Below are positions 29,762 to 38,136 of a DNA stretch of 64,000 nucleotides, piece by piece. The first letter of the stretch is position 1; every line of letters starts with the position of its first letter. The notes beneath the pieces were generated by a model that was not told the origin of the DNA, ran no database searches, and worked only from the letters and a program-made list of their open reading frames with translations. The stretch covers positions 58,854-122,853 of the forward strand of contig CAZQQT010000008.1 in assembly GCA_964595645.1 (NCBI GenBank), given 5' to 3'. Made by a program: the position numbers and the translations under genes. The stretch comes from an uncultured Thermococci archaeon. Its GTDB lineage: Archaea > Methanobacteriota_B > Thermococci > Methanofastidiosales > B48-G16.

Positions 29762-30296
29762 CAGTTCCAGTAAACACAGGTATTGCAAGGTTATCGTTGA
29801 TAGTATCCTGCAATTCTGCGATAGTAGCTGCTAAGGCACCTGGAAGTGCGGCAGGGAATCCCAATGCCACGTATCCTATAATAACGCAGCAAAAAAAGCA
29901 TGAAATCGATCCAATGAGTGTTTTATCCCCATATATTTTTGTTTTTCCAAAGCTTTTTCCAGTGATTGCCGCAATGCCGTCTCCAAAGATCAACATAAGG
30001 ATGGATGCAATAGCCACATTTTTTTCAAAAAAGAAGACGACAATAAGACATCCAACAATGAAGTATACGTGGGCACCTATACTATTTTTCTCTCTCCTCC
30101 TTGTCATTTTTTTCATGAAAAATCCGACGATCGGAATCTTTTGAAGGTATTTTATTCGGTAATAGTCAAAAATAAGAGATAAAACTAGAAAAAAACCTAG
30201 AAAAGCTATCGTTACTATCTTGTTCGTAAAATAATAAAAAATGGGTACGGACAATCCAGAAAAATGGATGGATTTTCTTACAATCTCCCATTTCAT
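29724..30296 (-). CDS. Dolichol/phytol kinase-like (CTP-dependent polyprenol kinase) membrane protein
   Basis: RKSIH, GDGIAAITGK, KTLIGS, DNLAIP. Confidence 0.85.
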   Translation of the reverse strand: MKWEIVRKSIHFSGLSVPIFYYFTNKIVTIAFLGFFLVLSLIFDYYRIKYLQKIPIVGFFMKKMTRRREKNSIGAHVYFIVGCLIVVFFFEKNVAIASILMLIFGDGIAAITGKSFGKTKIYGDKTLIGSISCFFCCVIIGYVALGFPAALPGALAATIAELQDTINDNLAIPVFTGTVIHFLSFSGVLL

Positions 30297-30332
30297 ATCA
30301 CTCTAAAAAAACGGGAGGCTATAAAAAAGTTT

Positions 30333-30875
30333 CTAATCGATCATTCCTAGATCTTGTAGCTCTGCTACGAGCTTTTTGATTCCTCTTTTTACGTCTTTTT
30401 CACTTTTTGCACCGGCGCATACAATTTTTCCTGTGTTAAACACCAAAATAGCGACCTTTGGTTCTTGTGCCCTGTACACAAGTCCAGGAAACTGTTCCGG
30501 TTCGTATTCGCAGTTTGAAAGTTCGAAGATAAGCGCTTCGAGATCAATTTCTGTTCCTAGGTCTGCTGTTGCGACTATATTCTGGAGTCTAAGTTCGGGC
30601 TTACCTTCCATATTAAATCCTATCTTTTTCAGGTTCTTCACTATTTTTTTGATGGCCACCTCAGCGTCATGTATCGTTCTAGCACCTGTACATATCAGCT
30701 TCCCTGTGGAGAACACGAGCGTTGAGGTATTTGGGGAGTCTAGTTTGTACACAAGTCCAGGAAACTGTTCTGGTTCGAATTCCGTGTTTTTTATCTCCCG
30801 AGTAATTTTGTTCAGATCGAGTTTCGTGTGTATATCCGCGGAAACGACGATATTGACTATCTTAGGCTCCAACAT
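30333..30875 (-). CDS. tbp: TATA-box-binding protein
   Basis: Two repeats NIV...EPEQFPGLVY...F(S/N)TGK(L/I)xCxGA. Confidence 0.98.
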   Translation of the reverse strand: MLEPKIVNIVVSADIHTKLDLNKITREIKNTEFEPEQFPGLVYKLDSPNTSTLVFSTGKLICTGARTIHDAEVAIKKIVKNLKKIGFNMEGKPELRLQNIVATADLGTEIDLEALIFELSNCEYEPEQFPGLVYRAQEPKVAILVFNTGKIVCAGAKSEKDVKRGIKKLVAELQDLGMID

Positions 30876-30906
30876 ACATCACCTCTCATTCCTTCTATTT
30901 AAATAG

Positions 30907-31479
30907 TTATTCAATACTCTCTGCTATCTTTTTAATAACACTTTTCATTTTCTCGTCTTTTTCTGATGTTAAAATAAGATTAATAGTAAATAATTTCCAA
31001 TACATTTCAAAATCGAGATTTTTGTCTTCCAGTTTTTCTTCCCATCCCTCACGAAGATTTTTGAACAATTTTAGAATTAAATTTGATGTTTTTTCTTTAT
31101 TTTTTATACTGTAACCCAAATTTTTTAGTTTTTCTACCATATCATTGGCCATTTCTCTTTCATAATTTTTTCGTACTTTTATCTGTTCTTCTGGGGCTTC
31201 CTTATCCATTGCGAAGATATAGAGATTCGATTTTCTGCCGTATACTTTTTCCGGAATATGATACCTTTTTCTCTCTCCTACAACACTTACTAGCCCAACG
31301 TCCTCTAACTTTTTGATATGTCGGTAGATGGTGGACTCATCCTTTTCCAGGATCTCCGCCATCTGTGATACAGTGAGGTCGTTGAATCGTAACAGTTTTA
31401 GGATCTCCCTTCTGTTCCTTTCCATTCCTATTACAATAGCCTTCGGGTCCCTGATGACCTTTATTCTCTCCTTCTCCAT
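30907..31479 (-). CDS. Winged-helix (ArsR-like) archaeal transcriptional regulator
   Basis: RREILKLL, TVSQMAEIL...STIYRHIKKLE, EKVYGR; ATG 31479 preferred. Confidence 0.85.
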   Translation of the reverse strand: MEKERIKVIRDPKAIVIGMERNRREILKLLRFNDLTVSQMAEILEKDESTIYRHIKKLEDVGLVSVVGERKRYHIPEKVYGRKSNLYIFAMDKEAPEEQIKVRKNYEREMANDMVEKLKNLGYSIKNKEKTSNLILKLFKNLREGWEEKLEDKNLDFEMYWKLFTINLILTSEKDEKMKSVIKKIAESIE

Positions 31480-31538
31480 ACTACACATTATAACCAGTAT
31501 ACTTATAAATGTTTTGCATCGGGGTGCAGTGATTGCCA

Positions 31539-32105
31539 CTATGCTTCCATGTACCTCTTTTTTGTCATATCTGCAAGTTCCTTTTCTCCCACCCTTATCA
31601 TTAGAAAGGCAAAAAATATGGAAAGAAGTCCTATAACTAGCGGGAAGGGTATCAGAAAAGAGATAGATTGGGATAGAGAAGCACCAAAATCGCTATACAA
31701 GAATCTTACACGAGATATTAGGCGCGTGATCGGTGACAGCCCGTAACATGCGATTATTCCGGCGAGAGGAACAGTGAGTGGGATCCTTAATTTTCGTGCT
31801 ACCACAAACGTGATCAACGAGATACCTAAAAGAAACTCAACTATGGCTTCCGGGAGACTGGGAGGGAGATAGTGTTCTGTGGGCTGACTATTAAGATGGA
31901 TGTGTATCATGAGAAGGGACAGCAAGAGTGAAATGGCGCTGTACAAAAGGAAGATCAGCTTTACGAGAGAAAAAATATGTTCCATGAAAAATTTCTCTTT
32001 TTTTCTCATTTTGTACAATCGTAATGCTACTATTCCTGCAATAGCGCTTATACTGAGGTATACCAAAATATACACATAACAGTATATATCAAAGTAGGCA
32101 GGCAA
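31539..32105 (-). CDS. Hypothetical multi-TM membrane protein
   Basis: About 5 hydrophobic segments; no family recognised. Confidence 0.55.
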   Translation of the reverse strand: MPAYFDIYCYVYILVYLSISAIAGIVALRLYKMRKKEKFFMEHIFSLVKLIFLLYSAISLLLSLLMIHIHLNSQPTEHYLPPSLPEAIVEFLLGISLITFVVARKLRIPLTVPLAGIIACYGLSPITRLISRVRFLYSDFGASLSQSISFLIPFPLVIGLLSIFFAFLMIRVGEKELADMTKKRYMEA

Positions 32106-32111
32106 CGGTGT

Positions 32112-32435
32112 CTACACTGCTTCAGGCATCTCAGGCGGATTGAGAAGGTAGGCGATGCAGTCTCCACCGATAATCACGAAATAAAGCGAGATGCAAAGAA
32201 GGAGAAAGATTCCAGCAGGGATCAGATCCTTCCAAGACTTCCCTCTCCACAGCATAAGGGAGACGTACAGCAATGCAATTCCAAGAGGTACCCACAGAAG
32301 CATGGGATATCTGAACGAACAAGTTCCCTCTATAGAGCATGCGATCGTTCCTGTACCACGATAGATATACTGAAATCCTATCACTGCCAGAAATATATAC
32401 AACGTTGGTAGCACCATCTTTTTATATTCATGCAC
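32112..32435 (-). CDS. Hypothetical membrane protein
   Basis: 3 TM segments; GGTG RBS. Confidence 0.55.
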   Translation of the reverse strand: MHEYKKMVLPTLYIFLAVIGFQYIYRGTGTIACSIEGTCSFRYPMLLWVPLGIALLYVSLMLWRGKSWKDLIPAGIFLLLCISLYFVIIGGDCIAYLLNPPEMPEAV

Positions 32436-32503
32436 ACCTATCCTCTCCTCACGTTTCTACATATTTCTGTTATTTTGTCCATATAAAAATATTTTGGAAG
32501 TTT

Positions 32504-33457
32504 TTACAATGTTTTCACGTCATGTGTCGAGAGTATCTCGCACGCCTTTCCCCATTCTTCTCGTGTAAGCCGTCGTGAGAGTTCTGGGTGCGTGCCTGCT
32601 TTCCACGCAGGATGGTACTGTGCCATGAGATTGACCCTCGCGTCAGGAAGCTCCTTCTCAATAAAGTCAAGAATACACGGGAGATCTTCCTCTACCCAGT
32701 TTCCCGGGAGGACGAGGATGCGGATAATCATTTCGCACTGTTCATATGCTAGTTTGTGGTTTCGTGTAGCGATTTCCCAGTAATTGGGCAGGTTCGAGTA
32801 CTCCAGCGCCCGTTTGTCTGTCCCATACTTGAAATCAGAGAGATAGAGATCAATCACACCGTCGAGGAGGTTCATTGTTTCTTCAGACATGTAGAAGTTC
32901 GAGTTCCATATAATGGGAATATTCACCTCTAGTTCCTCTAGGATGTGGAGAATGTACAGTAAGTTCGGTGTTGGTTCGCCTCCTACAAAGTTCACGTTGA
33001 TAATCCTGTGATTTTCCTTATTTCTCGTAATCCACTCAGCTGTTTTCTCCATATTCCACTCATTTCCACTTAATTGCTGGCTTATGTCCCAATTTTGACA
33101 AAATATACAGTGAGCATTACATCCAGAGAAGAAAATTGTTCCTGAAGGCACAAGTGGACCTTCTTCTCCATGGTGGGGGAACGCAGTGGATATCAGTGGG
33201 GATGTCACCCCGCAGGCTCCGGGTTTCTCGTATCTGTTTACTCCACATCTCCGCTCACAGAAAGTGCAGTGCTCAAAAATATCCTCAGCGAGCGAGATTT
33301 TCAGATCGAGCAGATTCGGCTTCTTTTTTTTCGTGTCTTTCGGCTCTTCTTGCACAAGTAAGTCGTGAAGTTTGAAATCTCCTGGAAGTTCTGCTTTCAC
33401 ACATTGAGTACGTAGGAATCTTGCCCTCTCGTCACCATGGACAATAGCATCGTACAC
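32504..33457 (-). CDS. PflX-like radical SAM protein
   Basis: CTFCERRCGVNR, HHGEE, CNAHCIFCQNWDIS, VGGEPTP. Confidence 0.9.
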   Translation of the reverse strand: MYDAIVHGDERARFLRTQCVKAELPGDFKLHDLLVQEEPKDTKKKKPNLLDLKISLAEDIFEHCTFCERRCGVNRYEKPGACGVTSPLISTAFPHHGEEGPLVPSGTIFFSGCNAHCIFCQNWDISQQLSGNEWNMEKTAEWITRNKENHRIINVNFVGGEPTPNLLYILHILEELEVNIPIIWNSNFYMSEETMNLLDGVIDLYLSDFKYGTDKRALEYSNLPNYWEIATRNHKLAYEQCEMIIRILVLPGNWVEEDLPCILDFIEKELPDARVNLMAQYHPAWKAGTHPELSRRLTREEWGKACEILSTHDVKTL

Positions 33458-33733
33458 TCACTCCACCTCGATTTTAAAAATGACCGTACCTCCCCCAGTG
33501 TATTCCATAGGGTCTAAACATTGCACGTACCCTTCTCCAAGCCCCATCTCTTCTGGAGGGTCCCCTCTGTATAATGCATTGTAGTACGGAAGAATAGAGG
33601 CGAGAGAGTGGACACACACGGCGTCTGTCTCTTCCAGATTTAGCTTGTATCCCTCATCAAATACTATCCTGTCTCCTTCTGTATACACAGGACAGGAACC
33701 CTTGATCTCAATCACTTCGACGATTAATTTCAT
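33458..33733 (-). CDS. TIGR04076-family small Cys protein
   Basis: GSCPVY, VCVHSL, VQCLDP...GGGTVIF. Confidence 0.82.
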   Translation of the reverse strand: MKLIVEVIEIKGSCPVYTEGDRIVFDEGYKLNLEETDAVCVHSLASILPYYNALYRGDPPEEMGLGEGYVQCLDPMEYTGGGTVIFKIEVE

Positions 33734-34470
33734 ATATGGTTAAATTCTACTTGCCCAGTATTAAAATTGATGGTGGCGTACTCTCCTTTTTTTAATGCTC
33801 CAGGATTTACTACCAGTGTTTCATTTATTTCTTCTTCCCCTTGGACGTGAGCATGTCCACAAAAAAGGAATTTAGGATTGTATCTCTCTATGATCTCATT
33901 TATCGCTGGCGAACCTTTCTTATCTGCAAGATCACATACGGGCGGATTATGTGTAAGGAGTACGATGTCCTTTTTAAGGTATCCGAGTTTTCGTAGCGCG
34001 AAGATCACTTTATCCCGTGGATATTTTAATACAAAAAACGTTTCTTCTTCCTCTTCATTAATCTCTCCACCGAATCCACAGATGGCCATGTCTTTGAAAA
34101 ATCGGATCATTTCATGAGCAAGGTTAATGTTCTTTTTCTTTGAATGCCATAATGTTTTTAAATACCGAGATTCTGGAGCGTCCATATTTCCTGGAATTGT
34201 AAAGGTAATGATATTTGTCCTATCGAGAAAATCGTAGAATTTTTGGTAGTAGGCAATGTCTTCATCCTTCTCGGTAATGATGGCTAGTTTCTCTTTATTT
34301 GGCTCTCTTCCTTCTTTTTTTGCGGCACGCCACTCATTACCTCGCTCACGTCCCTTCACAATATCTCCACAGAAGAATATCACTCCAAAACTCTTATTTT
34401 CTATTATTGTTTCTAGCGGTTCGAGCACTGCTGTCTCTCCATGGAGATCAGAAATAATAAGACCTTGCAT
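33730..34470 (-). CDS. Calcineurin-like metallophosphoesterase
   Basis: SDLHG, CGD, PGNMD, THNPP, CGHAH, VNPG. Confidence 0.9.
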   Translation of the reverse strand: MQGLIISDLHGETAVLEPLETIIENKSFGVIFFCGDIVKGRERGNEWRAAKKEGREPNKEKLAIITEKDEDIAYYQKFYDFLDRTNIITFTIPGNMDAPESRYLKTLWHSKKKNINLAHEMIRFFKDMAICGFGGEINEEEEETFFVLKYPRDKVIFALRKLGYLKKDIVLLTHNPPVCDLADKKGSPAINEIIERYNPKFLFCGHAHVQGEEEINETLVVNPGALKKGEYATINFNTGQVEFNHI

Positions 34471-34494
34471 ACTTTCATTAGTGTTTTTATTTAT

Positions 34495-35229
34495 TTAAAG
34501 ATTCCGATAGTTTATCTTTCTGAGGACATTTCTCGATATGTTTTTCAATAACTCGTGTTCTTTTGGCGTAATTATCTGTAACAGCGGCTCTTTTTTATTA
34601 AAAAATTTTTTAAATCTAACTAGATTCCTTCTTTTTGGATTCTCTTTCACTTTTCCTTCTAACATCGCCTCTGCATAGGCTGGGATGGTGATTCCATGGC
34701 GTACGTGGATATAGACGCTCTCTCCCAGTGTGCGGTACCGAAATGATGATGCGACATCCAATGACATATTGGCAATTGCAGGGAGGAGAATAGCTGGACA
34801 AAGTCCGAAGACTACATTCACGTTTTCTCCATCAAGGAAGTCGGTATACGCTATATTTTTGCCAGCGATAGTCAATTCTGTGAATTTCATACCCTTTTCG
34901 GACATTAAAAGACCGTGTGATACTTCCGCGATGTTTCTCAGATCAAAATTTTCTGAGCTGTTTTTTAGGAGAGGGGGATCTTCTAGTTGTTTGCAGACCA
35001 TTGGATTTTTTAATGCTTCCAGAAGATTCTTTTCGATATCTTCCTCATCTATTTTCAGCGCTCTGGCGATCCTCTCTCTCGTACCCCACATATTCGCCAC
35101 GATTTTCGATCCATCAGGTGTCTTATAAATGATTGCACGCGAAGACTCCGAATACTTTGTTACGATGTCGTCAGAATACGATACTCGTGCAATTTCATCC
35201 TCAAACATTTTTACATAGCTTGAGAGCAT
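34495..35229 (-). CDS. Short, divergent UbiD-like protein
   Basis: IVANMWGTRERIARAL, VVFGLCPAILL, IPAYAEAMLEG, EHELL resemble UbiD N/Rift domains; only 244 aa. Confidence 0.6.
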   Translation of the reverse strand: MLSSYVKMFEDEIARVSYSDDIVTKYSESSRAIIYKTPDGSKIVANMWGTRERIARALKIDEEDIEKNLLEALKNPMVCKQLEDPPLLKNSSENFDLRNIAEVSHGLLMSEKGMKFTELTIAGKNIAYTDFLDGENVNVVFGLCPAILLPAIANMSLDVASSFRYRTLGESVYIHVRHGITIPAYAEAMLEGKVKENPKRRNLVRFKKFFNKKEPLLQIITPKEHELLKNISRNVLRKINYRNL

Positions 35230-35281
35230 AATTCTTCGTAGTGAGCAGATACTAAAAAGCTATGTGCGAAGGTTTTTATAG

Positions 35282-35295
35282 GAAAAGCTTTAAAT
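35282..35295 (+). promoter_or_regulatory. BRE/TATA promoter of tRNA-Ala
   Basis: GAAAAGC-TTTAAAT about 24 nt upstream of the tRNA. Confidence 0.65.
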
Positions 35296-35318
35296 GCATA
35301 CACGGAAAATAGTGGCAC

Positions 35319-35392
35319 GGGCTGGTAGCGCAGTCTGGAAGCGCGCTACCTTGGCATGGTAGCGGCCGGGGGTTCAAATCCCCCCCAGTCCA
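35319..35392 (+). tRNA. tRNA-Ala(GGC)
   Basis: Acceptor GGGCTGG/CCAGTCC with G3:U70; anticodon arm CTACC-TTGGCAT-GGTAG; T-loop TTCAAAT. Confidence 0.96.
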
Positions 35393-35413
35393 CATGTGAA
35401 GGAGGAGAATTCT

Positions 35414-35875
35414 ATGGCAAAAGAAGATACAAGAAAGCTAGTAAAGACGACAGTCCGGTTTGTGATTGTGATCGTCGTGCTCGGGATACTGTACGAGATA
35501 CTACCGGACCTCCCCGGTATCCACGAAATTCCTTTTCCAGGCAGACTCACAACAGAAGAGGCAGGAAGATCAATCATTGCATTCGCCGCATTGGTTGTTA
35601 TGCTTCAGTATGGAAGAACGCTTTCTACGTCTATTACCTCGTTAACAAAATCCTTGAAGGTGGGAAGATTTTTCAGAGATCTTATCTATCTTGTCGCTGC
35701 AGCCATCGGGTACAAAGCCTTTGAAGAAATTGCACACATGTATCTCAACGATGAATGGTGGATATACGCACTTACCTTTATACTTATTGGCGTTGTATTA
35801 GCCATTCGCATTGTACGGAATCTTCTGGGTAGCGTTGACAAAATCACTGATGCAATCGTGGGAGAGGAAGAATAG
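35414..35875 (+). CDS. Hypothetical 4-TM membrane protein
   Basis: GGAGGAG RBS, ATG 35414, four hydrophobic helices. Confidence 0.7.
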   Translation: MAKEDTRKLVKTTVRFVIVIVVLGILYEILPDLPGIHEIPFPGRLTTEEAGRSIIAFAALVVMLQYGRTLSTSITSLTKSLKVGRFFRDLIYLVAAAIGYKAFEEIAHMYLNDEWWIYALTFILIGVVLAIRIVRNLLGSVDKITDAIVGEEE

Positions 35876-35959
35876 CAACATCTTTCTTTTATTTTTTCTC
35901 CGCCCCCTCTGTCACTTGAAGATAAGATTTATATATCCTATATCAGAAGATGTTTTTGA

Positions 35960-36043
35960 GCCGGGATGGCCCAGTTTGGTACGGCGCGGGCCTGCTAAGC
36001 CCGTTCTCGAAAGAGATCGTGGGTTCAAATCCCACTCCCGGCG
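35960..36043 (+). tRNA. tRNA-Ser(GCT)
   Basis: GCCGGGA/TCCCGGC acceptor, CGGGC-CTGCTAA-GCCCG, long variable arm TCTC-GAAA-GAGA. Confidence 0.96.
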
Positions 36044-36246
36044 CCTTTTCTTTACTGTGCTACCAATAAAGTTATTTTAGCTTTTTTTTGCATACAAGCG
36101 GAAACATATTCATTTTATACTTTTTTACCTATATTATACATGTAAGTTATCTAGTCACACAAATAGAAAACTTTATTAACTTAAAACAAAGATCATATAC
36201 AGGACACAACAAAATGTGTCCAATAAACTTAGAAGGAGGTGAAAAC

Positions 36247-36939
36247 ATGATAGAAATTGTGCTGGCAAGTTGGACTGACGTAATACGAGAGAGTTTTGAA
36301 GATATGTTAGAAACGACAATCGAGTATCTACCTGTTATTCTCGGTGCAGTAATCCTCTTGATAGTGGGTCTTATCGCAGGTCATATCTTGGGAAAAGTTG
36401 TGTCAAAGATACTCGACAAGATAGGCGTGGACGATGCAGTGAATAAAACACCCATAGGTGATACAATCAAGCGGTCGGGAATGACGGTCGTTGGATTTTT
36501 CGATGCCATTGTACGGTGGTTCGTCTATCTACTGTTCATTACAGCAGCCGTCAATGTACTGGATATCCCGATGTTCACAAACCTAATGGAACGGATCGTT
36601 CTCTACATCCCGCACCTGATTTTGGGTGTGTTAGTGCTGATCATAGGATTGGTGCTGGTGGATTTCATCGTGGATCACGTCAAGAAGCAGCTAGTGTCCC
36701 GGGAGATTGAGTTCGCAAAAATAATAACCTCAGCGCTACGAGTAATCTTCTATCTCGTGGTGATCGTGTTCGCACTGGATCAGCTTCAGATAGAGACGAC
36801 GATTATCTATACGCTCCTTGTGCCCTTGTCCTGGGGCATCGCAGGAGGTATTGCGATCGCTATGGGAATCGCGTTAGGATGGGGACTGAAGGATATCACT
36901 GCCAACTATGCCAAAAAGAAGATAGAGAAAGAAAAATAA
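36247..36939 (+). CDS. Conserved TM-helix repeat protein (MscS/CmpX-like TM domain)
   Basis: YLPVILGAVILLIVG and YIPHLILGVLVLIIG repeats; AIAMGIALGWG; GGAGGTGA RBS before ATG 36247. Confidence 0.8.
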   Translation: MIEIVLASWTDVIRESFEDMLETTIEYLPVILGAVILLIVGLIAGHILGKVVSKILDKIGVDDAVNKTPIGDTIKRSGMTVVGFFDAIVRWFVYLLFITAAVNVLDIPMFTNLMERIVLYIPHLILGVLVLIIGLVLVDFIVDHVKKQLVSREIEFAKIITSALRVIFYLVVIVFALDQLQIETTIIYTLLVPLSWGIAGGIAIAMGIALGWGLKDITANYAKKKIEKEK

Positions 36940-36992
36940 TTCATTTTTTCCTTTTTTTGATTTTCTTTATACAATAAAAGAAAAAAGAAAAA
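36940..36992. terminator. Bidirectional oligo-U terminator region between convergent genes
   Basis: T-tracts on the + strand followed by A-tracts (T on the - strand). Confidence 0.6.
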
Positions 36993-37217
36993 TCACGCTT
37001 TTTCAGCTACTTTTCCTATCCATATCGTTGCGGCGACCGCGATCACCGTGACAATCACTGCGTAACTGAGCATGGGGATGACTCCTGTCCGTTCACCAAA
37101 TACATCCCTAAATATTTCAAGTATCGCGCTGTTCCAGGCAAGTGCTGCGACAAGTCCAAATGCAGAGGTGATGAGTGTCGCCATTTTCTCTACTACCTGA
37201 TTTTTCATTGAGTTCAC
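36993..37217 (-). CDS. DUF5654-like small membrane protein
   Basis: LITSAFGLVAALAWNSAI...YAVIVTVIAV. Confidence 0.8.
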   Translation of the reverse strand: MNSMKNQVVEKMATLITSAFGLVAALAWNSAILEIFRDVFGERTGVIPMLSYAVIVTVIAVAATIWIGKVAEKA

Positions 37218-37310
37218 CTGTGCATTAAAGCCATGAAAGATTTATAATTTTTTTGATGTGTACCGCGTAGAACAAAAGAAAATTTTAAATAAAAGAAGAT
37301 AAAATACTTA

Positions 37311-37970
37311 ATGGTGAATACTATGAGTGTCACGATAAAAAAATTGGCACATTCCGGCTTTCAGATCAACGCTGCAGGGAACGTTATCTATGTGGACTTA
37401 GAGGAGCACTGCGATCCCTGTGAGACGGCGGATGTTATCCTCTCAACGCACTCCCATTACGACCACTGCGATCCAGAGAAAATCAACAAAGTTCGTACAG
37501 AGGATACGGTCGTTATCGCGCCTGAGGATTGTGAGGAGAAAATTGGTGGAGACATTACATCTCTCAAACCTGGCGAAAAGAAAACCATTGATGATATCAC
37601 TATAGAAGCTGTTGAAGCGTATAATTTCAAACGATTTCGGTCCCCTGGAAATCCATACCATCCTAAAGGATTTGGTGTGGGTTATCTGATTACAGCCGAA
37701 AGTAAGACAATTTATCACGCTGGAGATACCGACTTTATCTCTGACATGAAAGAGTTAAAAGACATCGATGTTGCGTTACTTCCTACGGGAGATACGTATA
37801 CCATGGATAACCCAGAGGCCGCTGAGGCTGCCGCAGAGATTAATCCAAAAATTACCATCCCTATGCACACGTGGGACAAGGATACTACCGAGTTCAAGGA
37901 GAAGACAGAGGCGAACTGCTCAACGAAGGTTGTTATTCTGGAAGACGGTGAGGAGTACACAGTAGAATAA
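37311..37970 (+). CDS. MBL-fold metal-dependent hydrolase
   Basis: THSHYDH, YHAGDT, IPMH. Confidence 0.9.
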   Translation: MVNTMSVTIKKLAHSGFQINAAGNVIYVDLEEHCDPCETADVILSTHSHYDHCDPEKINKVRTEDTVVIAPEDCEEKIGGDITSLKPGEKKTIDDITIEAVEAYNFKRFRSPGNPYHPKGFGVGYLITAESKTIYHAGDTDFISDMKELKDIDVALLPTGDTYTMDNPEAAEAAAEINPKITIPMHTWDKDTTEFKEKTEANCSTKVVILEDGEEYTVE

Positions 37971-38136
37971 TACGCCTTTCTTTCTTATTTCTCCTTTCTT
38001 TCTTATTTTTTATATTCTGTAAGTGCAGAACTCTATTATAACGAAGAGCTACCCAAAGAAGAAAAAAGGTCGGTACACTATATTTCTATCATCTGTAGTA
38101 AACTATTTAAATTTCAATGAAAAATAGTAATAGAGG

